This document shows positions 38,540 to 51,449 of a DNA stretch of 64,000 nucleotides, piece by piece; position 1 is the first letter of the stretch; each line of letters opens with the position of its first letter. The translations under genes and the position numbers were made by a program. The DNA comes from Eledone cirrhosa. Taxonomy: Eukaryota. The stretch covers positions 172,856,001-172,920,000 of the forward strand of contig OZ024743.1 in the NCBI GenBank assembly GCA_964016885.1. Reading direction: 5' to 3'. Below the pieces are notes generated by a model. It saw only the letters and a list, made by a program, of their open reading frames with translations. It ran no database searches and was not told where the DNA came from.

Positions 38540-41500
38540 AACCAACGAAATCCAAAACTTCAGAGTTGGTACCATGAATGCAGGCACATTGAAAGGTCGC
38601 TCAAGTGAGGTTGTAGAGATGCTTGAACGTAAGGAAGTTCATGTTTGTTGTGTTCTATAGACTAGGTAGAGAGGTGGGTCTGCTAGATTCATTGTGGGTA
38701 AAAAACAATGCTATAAACTTTTCTGGGTGGGAAATGATAATGGGCTGGGTGGAGTAGGAATTATGTTAGCAGAAAAAGGGATAGATAAGGTAATTGCCAT
38801 AAATAGAGTGAATGACAGAATAATTAAAATAAGACTAGTCCTAAATAGAACTACTGTGACAATAATATCCGCTTATGCACCCCAATCTGGCCTACCTGAC
38901 ATTATAAAAGACAGGTTCTATGAGTCGTTAATGCTCACTACCTCCCAAATAATCAACGGTGACTGCATAATTATTGCTGGCGACCTAAATGGTCATGTTG
39001 GACAACATTGTGATAGCTATGACGGAGTCCATGGAAGCTATGGGTTTGGTACTAGAAATGAGGAAGGCTTCAGAATCCTGGAATTCTGTGACACAAACTT
39101 CAAAAAGCGAGACAATCACTTGATCACCTATAGATCAGGGGAACACGCCAGTCAGATAAATTATATCCTTACCAGAAGACGAGACAGAGTGTCTGTTGTA
39201 AACACTAAATCCCTCCCCGTGAAGAATGCACCTCCCAACATAGCCTCATAGTTAGCGACCTCATAGTCAGGACTAGACGTACTCAACGACAGAGGAGGTC
39301 TATCCTGAGGAGAAGAATATGGAAGTTGAAGGACCCCACAGCCAGTAATGAATTTAAAAGCATATTACTTGATGCTTTGACAGTAAGGAAGAGCAATTAG
39401 AGATGTACAATATAGAGGAACAGTGGGAATCCTTGAAAGTTAACTTGCTGAAGGTGACAGATGAAATCTGTGGCTGGAGGAGAGTAACTTGGTGGTGGAA
39501 CAGTAAAGTGGAGGAAACAATCAAGTCCAAAAAGCAGGCTTGGAAAGAATGGCAGGATGGGGGAAGTAGAGAACATAATCAAGTGGCCAGGAGAGAAGCT
39601 AGGAGACAAGTGTACTTTGCAAAAAGGGAAGCAGAAGATAGAAAGTTCAAGCATGTTCTACAATGCGAGGACCAAAAACGTGTGGTATTCAGGATTGCAA
39701 GACAATGTGTCAAGGAAAACCGTGATATTGTCGGGGAGAAATGTGTCCATAATGATGATGGTGTACTTGCCCTCATTGATACTGATAAGAAGGTAACTTG
39801 GAAGTGTCACTACGAAAGACTACTAAATGAGGAGAATAAATGGTAAAAAAGATAGTCTGCTCCAAATTGATCCAATAGAGGGACCAGTGGTGCAAGTTAA
39901 TGGTAGTATAATAAGTAAGGCAATCAAAGATATGAAGACAGGCAAGGCAGCTGGGCCTTCGGAGATAGTTGTTGAGATGTTGAAAGCATCTGGAATGGTC
40001 GGACATACTATGGTCACCCGGATAGTAAACCAAGTAATATAGAATGGGGTCGTACCAAATGACTGGCGTAGCAGCATCATCATTAACTGCTAGAGTAAAG
40101 GAGATAGGGGAAACTATAGAAGCATTAAGTTAGTTGGCCAGGTCATGAAGGTCACAGAAAGAGTTATAGCACACCTAATCAGAGAACGAATTGATCTAGC
40201 TTTTATTGACTTGGAGAAAGACTTTGACAGAGTCCCCCGCTCTATTATCTGGTGGGCTCTTAGAAAACTAGGAGTAGATGTCATGCTTGTGAGAGCTATA
40301 CAAGCCATGTATAAAGAAACAGTCAGCAAGATTAGAATTAACAATGAATATAGTGAAGAATTTAGCATAAAAGTTGGTGTTCATCAAGGCTCTTTCCTTA
40401 GCCCCCTCCTATTTATTATTGCCCTTCAGGCTATAACAGAGGAGTTTAAGACCGGCTGCTCATGGGAACTTCTATACGCAGATGATCTTACTCTCATAGC
40501 TGAATCTATGGCTGAACTAGAGAAGAAATTCCAAACGCCTTAAAGTTAACTTGTCTAAGACTAAAGTTCTAGTGTGTAGAAAGGAAAATAGGGCACAGGT
40601 GCCCTCTGGGAAATGGCCATGCTCAGTGTGTAGGAAAGGAGTAGGTAGAAATTCCATTTTATGTCCCAAATGCAAACTATGGGTACATAAAAGATGTAGT
40701 GGGATCACAGGTAAGCTATCTAAGAACGTAGATTTTATATGAGGCCGATGCTCAGGTGCAATAAGTAGCAAGTGCCCACAGGATTCTAGCTCCTTCTATT
40801 GCCCAGATGGTTCTATAGAAATAGTGGACACTTCGCGTTACCTGGGTGACAAAATCAGCAGTGGTGGAGGGTGTTCTGAAAGTACAGTAGCCAGAGTCAG
40901 AACAGAATGGAAAAAGTTCAGAGAGCTTATACCGTTGTTGGCCACAAAAGGTTTCTCTCTAAAAATGAAAAGCAGATTGTATGATCTCTGTATACGAACA
41001 GTAATGTTACATGACAGTGAGACATGGGCATTGTGTGCAGAGGACCTGTGTAGACTGGAAAGGAACGAAGCATGCATGCTCCGTTGGATGTGTAATAGTA
41101 ATATACACGAATGGCAAAACATAAATGAATTAAGTGAGAAATTAGGAATAAGGGAGATCAGATGCTGTTTACTTGAGAGAAGATTACGTTGGTATGATCA
41201 CGTGATGCGCATGAAAGACGACAGCTGTATAAAAAAGTGCAGGGCAATCAAAATTGATAGAAGTTACGGAGTAGGTAGACCCAGAAAAACTTGGGACGAT
41301 TTGATAAATTCCGACCGTACACACTTGCACCTCTCTAAGACAATGTCACTGGACTGAGATCTTTGGCACGACACAGTAATACAGAAAACCCGCCATGCCT
41401 ATGTACAAAGTGAAACCTACAGTCAGTAGGCACCTCTTAACCAAATATACATCCCAACCATACTCCCACCATCACCACCCTTTCTCTGTAAAGTTATGTT

Positions 41501-41790
41501 GGTACCACAAAATCCAGTCCAAACTAATGAGACCGTGTAGGTCTCACGACAAATAAACCACACAGTCCACACTGTAATGTGACCGTGTAGGTAACACGGT
41601 AAAAAGTTCCCAGTCCATACTGTAAATGTGGTTGGTGTTAGGAAGGGCATCTAGCCATAGAAAACCTGCCAGATAGTCCTATACGAGCGAGACACGGTCA
41701 CGCGACCAATCTTGCCTCAAGTGGGACAACTCCTGTCTAACCCATGCTAGCGTGGAAGATGGACGTTAAACGATGATGATGATGATGATG
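38540..41790 (+). mobile_element. Near full-length RTE LINE (APE plus RT), pseudogenised
   Basis: GTMNAGTL, YAPQ, GDLNGHVG, GVHQGS and YADD motifs, and a (GAT)n tail. A 5' UTR may extend to about 38010. Confidence 0.93.
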
Positions 41791-41796
41791 GCTGAT

Positions 41797-42154
41797 ATAA
41801 ATGTAATCTGAGTTTTTCGAATATTAATAATAATATTCGATTTGTTTGCAATTATGCAAACAGCCTCTTTTTTAAAGCCATGTCAGTAGAATGAGCCCTC
41901 ATTCTTTCTCTTGTGTTGGCATGTAAACAGAACTGCAGACACTAATGTTTCTGGATATTACCCTTCATCAGTGCAGTTCACTGTTCACCTGCCAACTGTC
42001 AGAGCTAGTGTCTGCAGTTCTGTTTACATGCCAACATAAGAGCAAGAATGAGGGGCTCATTCTACTGACATGACTTTAAAAAAGAGGCTGTTTGCATGAT
42101 TGCAAACGAATTGAATATTATTATTAATATTTGAAAAACTCAGATTACATTTAT
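41797..42154. repeat. Long inverted repeat (arms of about 150 bp), Penelope-terminus-like
   Basis: 41797-41944 is the reverse complement of 42006-42154 with few mismatches. Confidence 0.9.
41930..41979 (-). ncRNA. Putative minimal type I hammerhead ribozyme
   Basis: GAACUGCA-CUGAUGA-AGGGUAAUAUCCA-GAAAC-AUUAGU-GUC-UGCAGUUC: perfect 8-bp stem I, conserved core and a GUC site. The stem II closing pair is mismatched. Confidence 0.72.
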
Positions 42155-42424
42155 TGTATTCAGCCATGTAGAGCGATATTTAAAATTTTTTTTATTATGT
42201 ATATATATACATACATGTATATGAATAGGTATCACTGTAGAGTTCCGTAGAAGGGGCGACAAGTATTTTGGCCATGCAAAATCTAGCATGTATGTATGTA
42301 TGTGAATATGTATATATATTATTATATCAAAAGTACATAGATAGAATACAAAGCTTCAAATTTTGAGTTTGGTCAAATCCAGATATGTTAAAAAAAAACA
42401 ATTTGTATTGTTAAATTTACTTAC

Positions 42425-42465
42425 ATCTTTATTTTCATTGACATTCTCCAAATTATTCTCTTTCT
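42425..42465 (-). CDS. CENPC: CENP-C-like exon 7
   Basis: ttttcag/gtaagt, 41 nt, phase 1 to 0. Encodes KENNLENVNENKD. Confidence 0.8.
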
Positions 42466-43694
42466 CTGAAAACAAGAAAGTCAAAATAAAACAGACAGTT
42501 TATCTTTAAAGAATCCAGATATTTGAAATAGAGAGTAGAAAAGTAGATTTTCTGAAAATAAAGAGAGGGAAAATAGTTTTTGTAGTAATTACATCTAGAT
42601 AAGTTCTTTTCTTTGATTCAGGCCCTTCTACCAGGAACATGTTGCAGTGTGATGAATTTAGCAATCTGCAGTAGGGTCCTGCTGTGGGTGCACAGGGTGC
42701 CTGTGATTTACCTATTTCTATACCTACACTGCATCTCCCCATGCATTGAATACACCCTTAGTGGTCTCCCTGGTCTCAGCTACATACATGCAGACACACA
42801 CACACGTGTCTATTTGTGACTTCATATGAACACGGTTTAAAAACAAGGGTGAGTGTCATTTGTCTTGCAGCTTAGTGGCTCAAACAAAGTCAAAGATACA
42901 TAGAAATTAGGGATTAATGTAGAAAGGGCATCTAGCCATAGAAAACCTACCTCAACAAGTCCCATCCAGCTCATGTCAGCATGGAAAAGTGAACATAAAA
43001 CTAAATGAATAACTAAATGAATATGTAACATAAATAACTAAATGAATATGTAAACTATTATCATTCTTTTACATTTTTTCCTATGCTCCCGAGTCTTAAT
43101 CTCACACAGTATTCCACTACTTGTCATCTTCTTTCTGAGGTTCACCTGCCTCAGATCAGCTTTCACCTCTTCTTCCAATGTTTTCCTTAGTATTCCTTGA
43201 CCACATGTCCCTACCACTTGCATTGCTAGGCCCTTCTTACATGTCATCTTCTATACATACCACCTGTCCATAACAGTGCAATCTTTGCTACTGCATACCA
43301 CAGAAAATTCCTGAATCTGTTTTTTTTTTTTGTCCCATTCAACCCATGGAAATTTATCAAAAAAATATTTAGGCCTACCTTGTTTTGCTCAGTAATTTGA
43401 GTTTACATCTGAATCATAGTACAGTAACCAAAATTATAACTTTGGGTTCAGAATAATAGCACAAAAACAATGTTATATGAATACATACTGGTAGTAGGAC
43501 CAAATACAGTTAGTCAATGTGAGCACATTAATCAATGAAGACTCATACAGAGAGTAAGAAAAATAGAGTGAATGAGAGTGAGCATGAGAGAAAGAGAGTG
43601 GTGGATGAGAAAGCATGAGAAAATGAATGAGAGGGAGAGAGTGATAAAGAGAAAGTGAAGGAAAGAAAGTGAGAGTGAGAAGAAAATGCAATAC

Positions 43695-44041
43695 CTTGAC
43701 ATTCTTTCAAACCACTGACTCTATTGTTGACCATATTTTCTGGTTCTATTTCTGGTAACTCACAGACATTCTGGGGGAAAGATTTCTCTGCTGGAACCAA
43801 CATTGGTCTCTCTAGTGAAGCAGGCTTTTTGGTGAATGATTCCTCATCTTCAGGAAAAGATTTCATCCCTCGTCTATTGAGTCTTCTCATTTTGTTGTTA
43901 GATTCAGAGCTAGAGCCTGCAGAAGACACTCCGTGAATCTTTGAGAGTATCCCTCCTTCATGGTCACTGTCTTCCGAGTCAAAGGTATCACCTGATGACT
44001 TCATTCCACGCTTACTGATAACACTTTTCACATATGAAATC
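43695..44041 (-). CDS. CENPC: CENP-C-like exon 6 (largest; disordered, Ser/Glu-rich)
   Basis: ttgtag/gtattg, 347 nt, phase 2 to 1. Lies within ORF 43543-44052. Confidence 0.85.
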
Positions 44042-44293
44042 CTACAATACAAATCGGTTTCATCATTAAGGAAGAGCAGCTATTTTAACAATCTAAAATT
44101 ACATATTTTCCTCATCAGCTTCCACCAACCAAATTTCACTTGTAAGACATTGGTGAACCCAAGACAATAGCAGAAGACACTTGTTTAAGGTGCCAGGCTG
44201 TAGGACTGAATCTGAAACCACTGAACTCCTTAACCACATGGCAAAACCAAGCCTAGAGATATATTAAGTAAAACAAAAAAGAAAAACACTTAC

Positions 44294-44347
44294 CCCTCAG
44301 AAATAATTGAACAAGAATCTGACATTGACTCAACAGGGAATGATAGC
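44294..44347 (-). CDS. CENPC: CENP-C-like exon 5
   Basis: ttgcag/gtaagt, 54 nt, phase 2-2. Encodes LSFPVESMSDSCSIISE. Confidence 0.8.
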
Positions 44348-44375
44348 CTGCAATGAAAAGAATTAATTAATAACT

Positions 44376-45270
44376 AGATATACACTCTCAGAACATAAAG
44401 AACCAGAACAAATATTGCAAAGCATTTTGTTCCATGCTCTAACGTTTCGGCTAAGCCACCACCTAATTTAATAATAATATTTACTTTAGCTACAAGACCA
44501 GTATTTTACTAGTACTTTATTTCATTGACCTCAGTGCATTACTGGTACTTTATTTTATCGACCCCGTAAGGATGAAAGGCAAAGTTAACTTCGGTGGAAT
44601 TTGAACTCAGAATGGTAAGGGCCGTAACTCTATGCGTCAAAGCATGGCGTCCGACCCTCTACCGATACTGCCAATCTACCGCCTTAATATAATAATTGTT
44701 TCTACTTTTGGCACAAGGCCAGCAATTACCCAGTGTATTACTGGTACTTTATTTTATCGACCCCGTAAGGATGAAAGGCAAAGTTAACCTCGGCGGGATT
44801 TGAACTCAGACCGTAAAGGGACGTAACTCTATGCTTCAAAGCATGGTGTCCGGCTCTCTACCGATACTGCCAATCCAATAATGGTTTCTGATTTAGGCAC
44901 AAGGCCAACAACTTTGGGGGAAAGGGAGAGTCGATTAAATTACCCTCAGTGCATTACAGGTACTTTATTTTATCAACGCTATAAGGATGAAAGGCAAAGT
45001 CAACCTCAGCAGGATTTGAATTCAGAACATAAAGGGCCGTAACTCTATGCCACAGAGCACGTTGTCTGATGCTTAATAATTGTTTCTACTTTTGGCACAA
45101 GGCCAGCAATTACCCAGTGTATTACTGGTACTTTATTTTATCGACCCCGTAAGGATGAAAGGCAAAGTTAACTTTGGTGGGATTTGAACTCAGAATGGTA
45201 AGGGCCATAGCTCTATGCGTCAAAGCATGGCGTCCGACCCTCTATCGATACTGCCAATCCCCCGCCTTTG
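44376..45270 (-). mobile_element. Head-to-tail array of about 5 tRNA-SINE copies
   Basis: Repeated ATCGACCCCGTAAGGATGAAAGGCAAAGTTAAC...GATTTGAACTCAG units at about 44560, 44760, 44975 and 45140, plus a partial head at about 44380-44465. Confidence 0.9.
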
Positions 45271-45402
45271 AATGCTTAATAATAATAATGATTTTTTTTT
45301 TATTGGACACAAGGGTACAGAATGTTGTAGATAATAGGACAAAAACAAATGCAAAGTGGAGTTTACATTGAGTACAGGGACAATAATAATATTTAAATAT
45401 AC

Positions 45403-45485
45403 CTTTTCCTGGAAGGAAAATTCGACAGGGAAAGAGGAGCCATCTTCGAGCCATCTTCTGCTGGGTGTTTTACAGCTATTAATTG
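45403..45485 (-). CDS. CENPC: CENP-C-like exon 4
   Basis: atttcag/gtatat, 83 nt, phase 0 to 2. Encodes QLIAVKHPAEDGSKMAPLSLSNFPSRK. Confidence 0.75.
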
Positions 45486-47103
45486 CTGAAATAAAGGTCG
45501 ATAATGATATATTTAGATAAATATTTATACATGTAATCCTAAATATTTTTATGTAACAATCCAGTTGTCATCTTTTAATCTGGTTTATTGGCAGAGTCAT
45601 TAGAGTGTAGGGTTAAATGTCATGCTATTTGTTCTGGCTCTCGGTGTTTTGAATTCAAATCTTACTAAGGTCAAATTTGCTTTTCATCCTTCCAGGGTCA
45701 ATAAAGTACCAGTCCATTGGTGGTGGGTTGTCAGAATTGTTAAAGAGTTGGACAGGAGCCTTTGCAGTATCTGATCAGGCTCTGTACAATCCAAATTCAA
45801 ATCCCGCCCTTTCCAAGAGTTGCGACCAGCAGATAGTACCAACAATTAAAAGATCAACGAAAGCATATTTTCCTTGATCTGATCTGATGATTGGTTCCTT
45901 TCCTTAATGAGGAGCTCTACCTTGTAGCCATATTGCAACAGTTTAAATCGATTCATTTGTCTGCTCAGAGCATCTTGCCTCTCCAAAAGAGTTCAACCCT
46001 GAGTATCTGTTACAACAGGGCTCACAACTAATCAACTCAATATATACATATCTAAAGATTTATTAAAAGTCATCCTTAGAGGACTAGTTCTGATTCTTTC
46101 TTTATGAAGGATATTTGATGCATTGAGTACCATATTTTAATAGTATTTTTTTCTGCACCAAATGAAATCATTAACAACAATTATATATATGGAAAAACAG
46201 ACTTAAAACCATATATATATATATATAATTCTTTGTCTCTCTTTTCCTTATGTATTCCCAGACGGCTCGACCGAATGAAATCAAATTTTACAAGGTAATA
46301 GTATTAGACCCCAGGAGTAACCACATATAATTTTTATTTTCATTTGGATTAAAGCAATATAACACTTTATCTAAAATAATCTACTATAGACAACTATAAG
46401 TAAACAAATATTTTATAACATGACGACAATGTCACATTTTGTATATGAGTGTGTGTGTGCGCATACGTTACATACACACACATCTCCACGTAAATACTTA
46501 ATCAGATACACAGACAAGAGAATTTTGCCCTATTGTCTGCATTCACTTGCTGGCTTTCATTTCCTCCTCCACCATCCTCAGCCATATCTTGTCTGGTCTT
46601 CCCCTTCCTCAACACATGACCCAAACATCCCATTCCATTTCTCCTCACTGGTTCTATTCCCATCATCCTTTGCAATTTACTGTTTGCTTTTCTCTCTCTC
46701 TGTGATACTTCACTCATAAACTGAATAATTCTCATTTCTCTTCTTTGCAACCTTCTCTGTTTCTCCACATTCATCACCCATATCTTGCTCCCATAAATTA
46801 TAGCACTTCTCATACATGTAGCATACAGCTTTTCCTACAAATTCAGCAACATACTGTAACTGTGTATCTTGTTTAGAATAGGTACACTGTATCAACTAAA
46901 GGTATCTAGGTGTAAAACACTGTCTCGAAAAGGTCTCCATGTCAGAGCTCACAAGGGTTATACCTGCTATAGCAGAGAAAATGGCATTAAAATACTTGCT
47001 GTCTTTCCTGTTGAAAGTCATATATATATATGGGATGGGTCTTATATGCCAAATATGGTACTTACAACAATGAAGATTTTGTATAAAAAATTAAGAATCT
47101 TAC

Positions 47104-47150
47104 GATATTACTGGATTTGTCCTCAATTTCTATATCAGATTCATCAGTGT
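47104..47150 (-). CDS. CENPC: CENP-C-like exon 3
   Basis: tttacag/gtaaga, 47 nt, phase 1 to 0. Encodes TDESDIEIEDKSSNI. Confidence 0.8.
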
Positions 47151-47519
47151 CTGTAAATGAATAGAAGAAAAAATCTTATAAACTCATTAACCTTTTCTTG
47201 ATTATATTTTTAATGAGTAAACAGCAGTTTGCTTTTAACTAGGTACTTCTCCTGCAGTTGCCTCACAAGGAAGAGGATATCTGTGGTGCTTTTTCTGGCA
47301 CAAGTCCGAACTGCATCACATTAAGGTTGATTCGATCCCTAATCAGTTGTACAATGACTCTTTCTGTAACCTTCATGACCTGATCCATTTGTTTTATGCC
47401 TTGGTAGTTCCCCCTGTCTAGTGCATCACCTTTACCTGTAGCAATTGATGATGCTGCTATGCCAGTCATTGGGTAAAGCACCATTTTGTGTGTGTGTGTG
47501 CATGTGCATGAGCACAAGT

Positions 47520-47712
47520 GTGAAAAGTGAATATTTAACAATAATATACAAAGAAAATGACAATGGTTATCATCCAATAAACAGGGGGAAACCACACCCA
47601 AACCAGGATTACACCCAGAAAATGTTATGTTGTGTTAGGTGAGATATGAAGGGTCTTGTCTATTATAAAGTGTTGAACTCGGATAAGACAATTAGCACTG
47701 ATATAAACTGTA
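47520..47712 (+). mobile_element. Mariner transposase fragment
   Basis: Translation MLCCVR*DMKGLVYYKVLNSDKTIS resembles the mariner MLCVWWDxKGVIYYELL segment. Confidence 0.7.
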
Positions 47713-48364
47713 CAGGGTAGGAGGTGTTGGCATCTTACTAAGAAATGGATGGATAAGGTAATAGAAGTAGTTAAAGTAAGTGACAGAATTATCAAGCTTA
47801 GGTTACCAGTAGGAAATAGAATGGTGACAATTACATCTACTTCTGCACCACAGGCAAGTGGCTATGGTCATAGCTCAAGAAATGAAGAGAGATTGAGACC
47901 CCTGGAATTCTGTGATGCAAATGAACTAAACATTTGCAACACAAATTACAGGAAACCAGCCAGCCAACAGGTCTCATATCAATCAAGTGAACACACAAGC
48001 CAAATTGATTACTTGCTTGTAAGATGAGATAAGCAGACAATAATAAATGTTAAGGCCTTTCCTGGGGAAGAATACACTGCCTAACACAGGTTAGTTATTA
48101 ATGACATCAAAATAAACAAAAGACAGAACAAGACACACAGGAAAATATGGAGATGCAGGATTTGGAAGCTAAACGAACTTTTGGTTAAATATAGGTTTAG
48201 AAAAGCCCTACAGGTTACATTTGATGAGAGGGGTGATGACCTGAAAATTCTTGCATGACAACCTTTTGTGAACTACTGACGAGACTTGCAGCTGGAGTAA
48301 AGCGCCAGCCAGACAGGGTGATGTGGTGGTGGAACAGCACAGTGGATAGAGCCATTAAAGCCAT

Positions 48365-49140
48365 TGTGTATTCTCTACCATCATGTGGAACTTGGGGAGA
48401 CAATTTCAGTTGCCATAAAAGATACTAGCCAGAAGATACAGGAAGTGGGGGAAAAGCAAGCATCCCTACCAAAATGGAAAAAAACAACTGCACTCCAATC
48501 AAGAAATTGTATAAGGAGTATCAAGGACAAAAAATGGAAAAATGGAAAAAAACAACTGCACTCCAATCAAGAAATTGTATAAGGAGTATCAAGGACAAAA
48601 AAAGAAGCCAAGGATGACTGAAAGCACGAGATTTGGAAAGGTGATCTCAAGAAAATTTTGACATTGCAAGCCAGGACATTCTCAAATAAAAGGATGTCCT
48701 ATCTGAAGACAAAGCGGGAAGATTGGATGTCTTCATTCCTCGCTGGTGTTGATGCAGAACATGTGAGAGCCATTCCGAAGAAAGAAAAGAAGATTCATGA
48801 TATGAAAGTAAGAAAGAGAAAGCAGGATGAAGAAATTAAGATGTCAGAGAAAGTAGCTCTTGAAAGTTCATCATCCAGCTCAGCTATTAATGATGTTGAT
48901 GATAATGAAATCTTAAAGTCAGCACCACCCTACAATTGCGAAGAGTCTTGGTCATGATGTGTCTCAGTTTCCCCTTCAACTGTTTATCGAGCAAGAACCA
49001 GTTGCCGTGAAAAGATGGCTCAGGAAATAAAGTAAACTACTTTCCTACCTGAAGTCAGATCCTCTACTGGGATGGAAAATTTATTACCATTGGACTCCCA
49101 ATCACTACAATTGAAGATTGGATTACAGTTTTAAGTAGAG
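48365..49140 (+). mobile_element. Degenerate DNA transposase fragment (WDGK motif, possibly hAT-related)
   Basis: SPSTVYRAR...AQEIK...YWDGK. An internal tandem duplication of about 68 bp lies at 48471-48600. Confidence 0.5.
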
Positions 49141-51449
49141 GCATCTGTGATACTTTTACCTAGTATAAATCCAAACTGCATCTCATCTTGGTTAACTCAT
49201 TTCCTAATCAACTGTGCTATAACTCTTTCTGTGACCTTCATAACTTGGCCAACCAGCTTAATGCCTCTATAGTTTTTTTCTATCTAGAGCCTCACTTTTG
49301 CCCTTGTAGCAGTTGACGATGCTGTGGCTGCACCAGTCATTGGGTATGACACCATTTTGTATTACTTGGTTTACAATGCAGGAGACTAGTGGGTGTGGCC
49401 CACAAGTCCTGATGCTTTCAGCATCTCAGCAACTATCACTGAGTGTCCAGCTGCCCTGACTGTCTTCATATCCTTGATTGCCTTACTTACGATACTACTG
49501 CTAACTTGCACAGCTGGTCCCTCTGTTGGGTCAACATGTGACAGACTGTCTTCATCCATGCATTCTCGTCATTCAGTAATCTTTCATAGTGGCATTCTAC
49601 CTTCTTTTCAGCATCAGTGAGGGCAAATTTGCCATAATCATTTCAGACACACTTCTCCCCACCAACATCACAATTTTCCCTGTGATTCTGAACACCTTAC
49701 ACATCTTTGATCTTCCAGCTGCAAAACATGCTTCAACATTTTGTTTTCTGCTTCCCTTCTTGCAAGGTATACTTGTCGCCTAGCTTCTCTTCTAGCATTC
49801 TGGTAATTTACAGCAATTACTTTGTCTACTCATTTTTCTGCTACCAAAATCCCTACTCTACCCAGCCCATTGTCATTTACCACCCAGAAAAATTTGTAGC
49901 ATCGCTTTTTTGCCCACGAGAAATCAAGCTGACATTCCCCTCCATTTAGTCTCTTGTACACAGCACACACTGATTTTCTGTCATTCAAGCATCTCTGCTA
50001 TCTCTCCAGATCTTCTTTCATTGTGTCTACATTGAAGTTTTGGAGTTCAGTGGAAGAGTGAGAGTGATGAAAACTTGGTAGGGGTGTGGGAGATGAGTTG
50101 ATGTTGGTTTTCCATGTCTGAAATAAAGAGGCTGGTAGGTTCATATACATCATTAGGAGTGCTCCAGCTTAGTAATCCATATGCCATACAGAACAACATC
50201 AGACCCATAACAACTGTACTAGAAGTAGCAGTGTTTATTGCAATAAAGATTGAGTTAGCAGTTACATGTTTGTGCTGCTGTGTTTTGATTGGTCTATGTG
50301 GCAATGGTAGTGTTAGTAGGAGGGGAATGGGAATATGACGAAAGAGAAAGGAAAACAAGATTACTTTGTTTGATGAACATCCGTAGAGTAAATATTTATT
50401 AATACAAATTAAAAGTTTAAGCAAAAAATTTCTGCTTTCACTCCTAGTGGGTTCATCTGAAACGGGGAAGAATCAATCTGTAGATGTAAAAATAAATATT
50501 TCAAAAATGTTACGACCAAATATTGCCTTTAGAAAACAGGAAGACATAATGGTAGTATGTGAGGACGTTCTCTTGAGATCAATGAAATGTATGCAAGGAG
50601 AATTACATCATTATGTGGAACGAAAAGAACAATTCTTGCTAAGAAAAAATCAGGAGACTAATATTATTTTTAGAATAGCCAAATAATTAAACAAAAATAC
50701 TGAAGGTTTAAGCTCATATATAAGTATGCACTGACCAGAGTGGATGGATGTGTAAACAAAAATATAGTGTATAAAAATTATATACACACTTATACATATA
50801 TACACATGCATGTGTGCACACAAATGTATATATACACATACATAGATATATATGCATATACATTCAATATATATATATGTACATACATATACATGCGCAG
50901 ACACCTGCATACATATATACACATACATGCACATCTCCGTCTATGGAGCTCGTTCATCCATACTTATTATTTATTAATTACTTTCTTTTTTCCCCACAGT
51001 AACTTTTTTCTTTCTTCCCGTGACTCTTTTTAAAATTCTTTCTTTCTCCTGTTTGCTCCTGTCTGTGTAGCTCATTCATACATATTATTTATTAATTACT
51101 TTCTTTCCTTTGAATCGACTTACTTTTCTCTCTCCTATTTACCTCCGTCTATGGAGCTTGTTTATTCATTACTTTCTTGTTCCCTTCAGTAACTTCTTTC
51201 CTACTGAGATCTTTGAATCAACTCTTTTTAAAGGAATCCCATTTCACCCCCCCCCCCCTAGTTATTTGGACCAAACAAATTCCAACAGCACATAGTATGT
51301 TTTCACTAATCCAAACTTCTAATTGCAAAAGCCACTACTTCGGCTACTACTCCTCCTAAACATTATTATAGACCTGGTTGTAGCTCTGTATGATGAATGG
51401 GCTACAGAGATAGAGAGTTGGAGCACTCATAAAGATGAAGATGGATTCA

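Larger units (their letters stand above)
47200..50090. mobile_element. Patchwork of RTE fragments (47200-47490 -, 47715-48360 +, 49140-50090 -)
   Basis: KGDALDRGNYQGIK, LEFCDANEL and QFGF motifs, in alternating orientation. Confidence 0.8.

Noticed and set aside
43379-43408. 30-nt cag/gtaggc-bounded candidate exon
   Set aside because: In the required phase 1 it contains TGA, so it is at most a poison exon. No other support.
45921-46005. Candidate exon between exons 3 and 4
   Set aside because: In-frame stop in the required phase 0.
50447-50686. Plus-strand ORF with an acceptor-like start
   Set aside because: No recognisable domain or partner exons.
50650-51033. His/Tyr/Ile-rich ORFs
   Set aside because: Translations of TA/CA low-complexity repeat.
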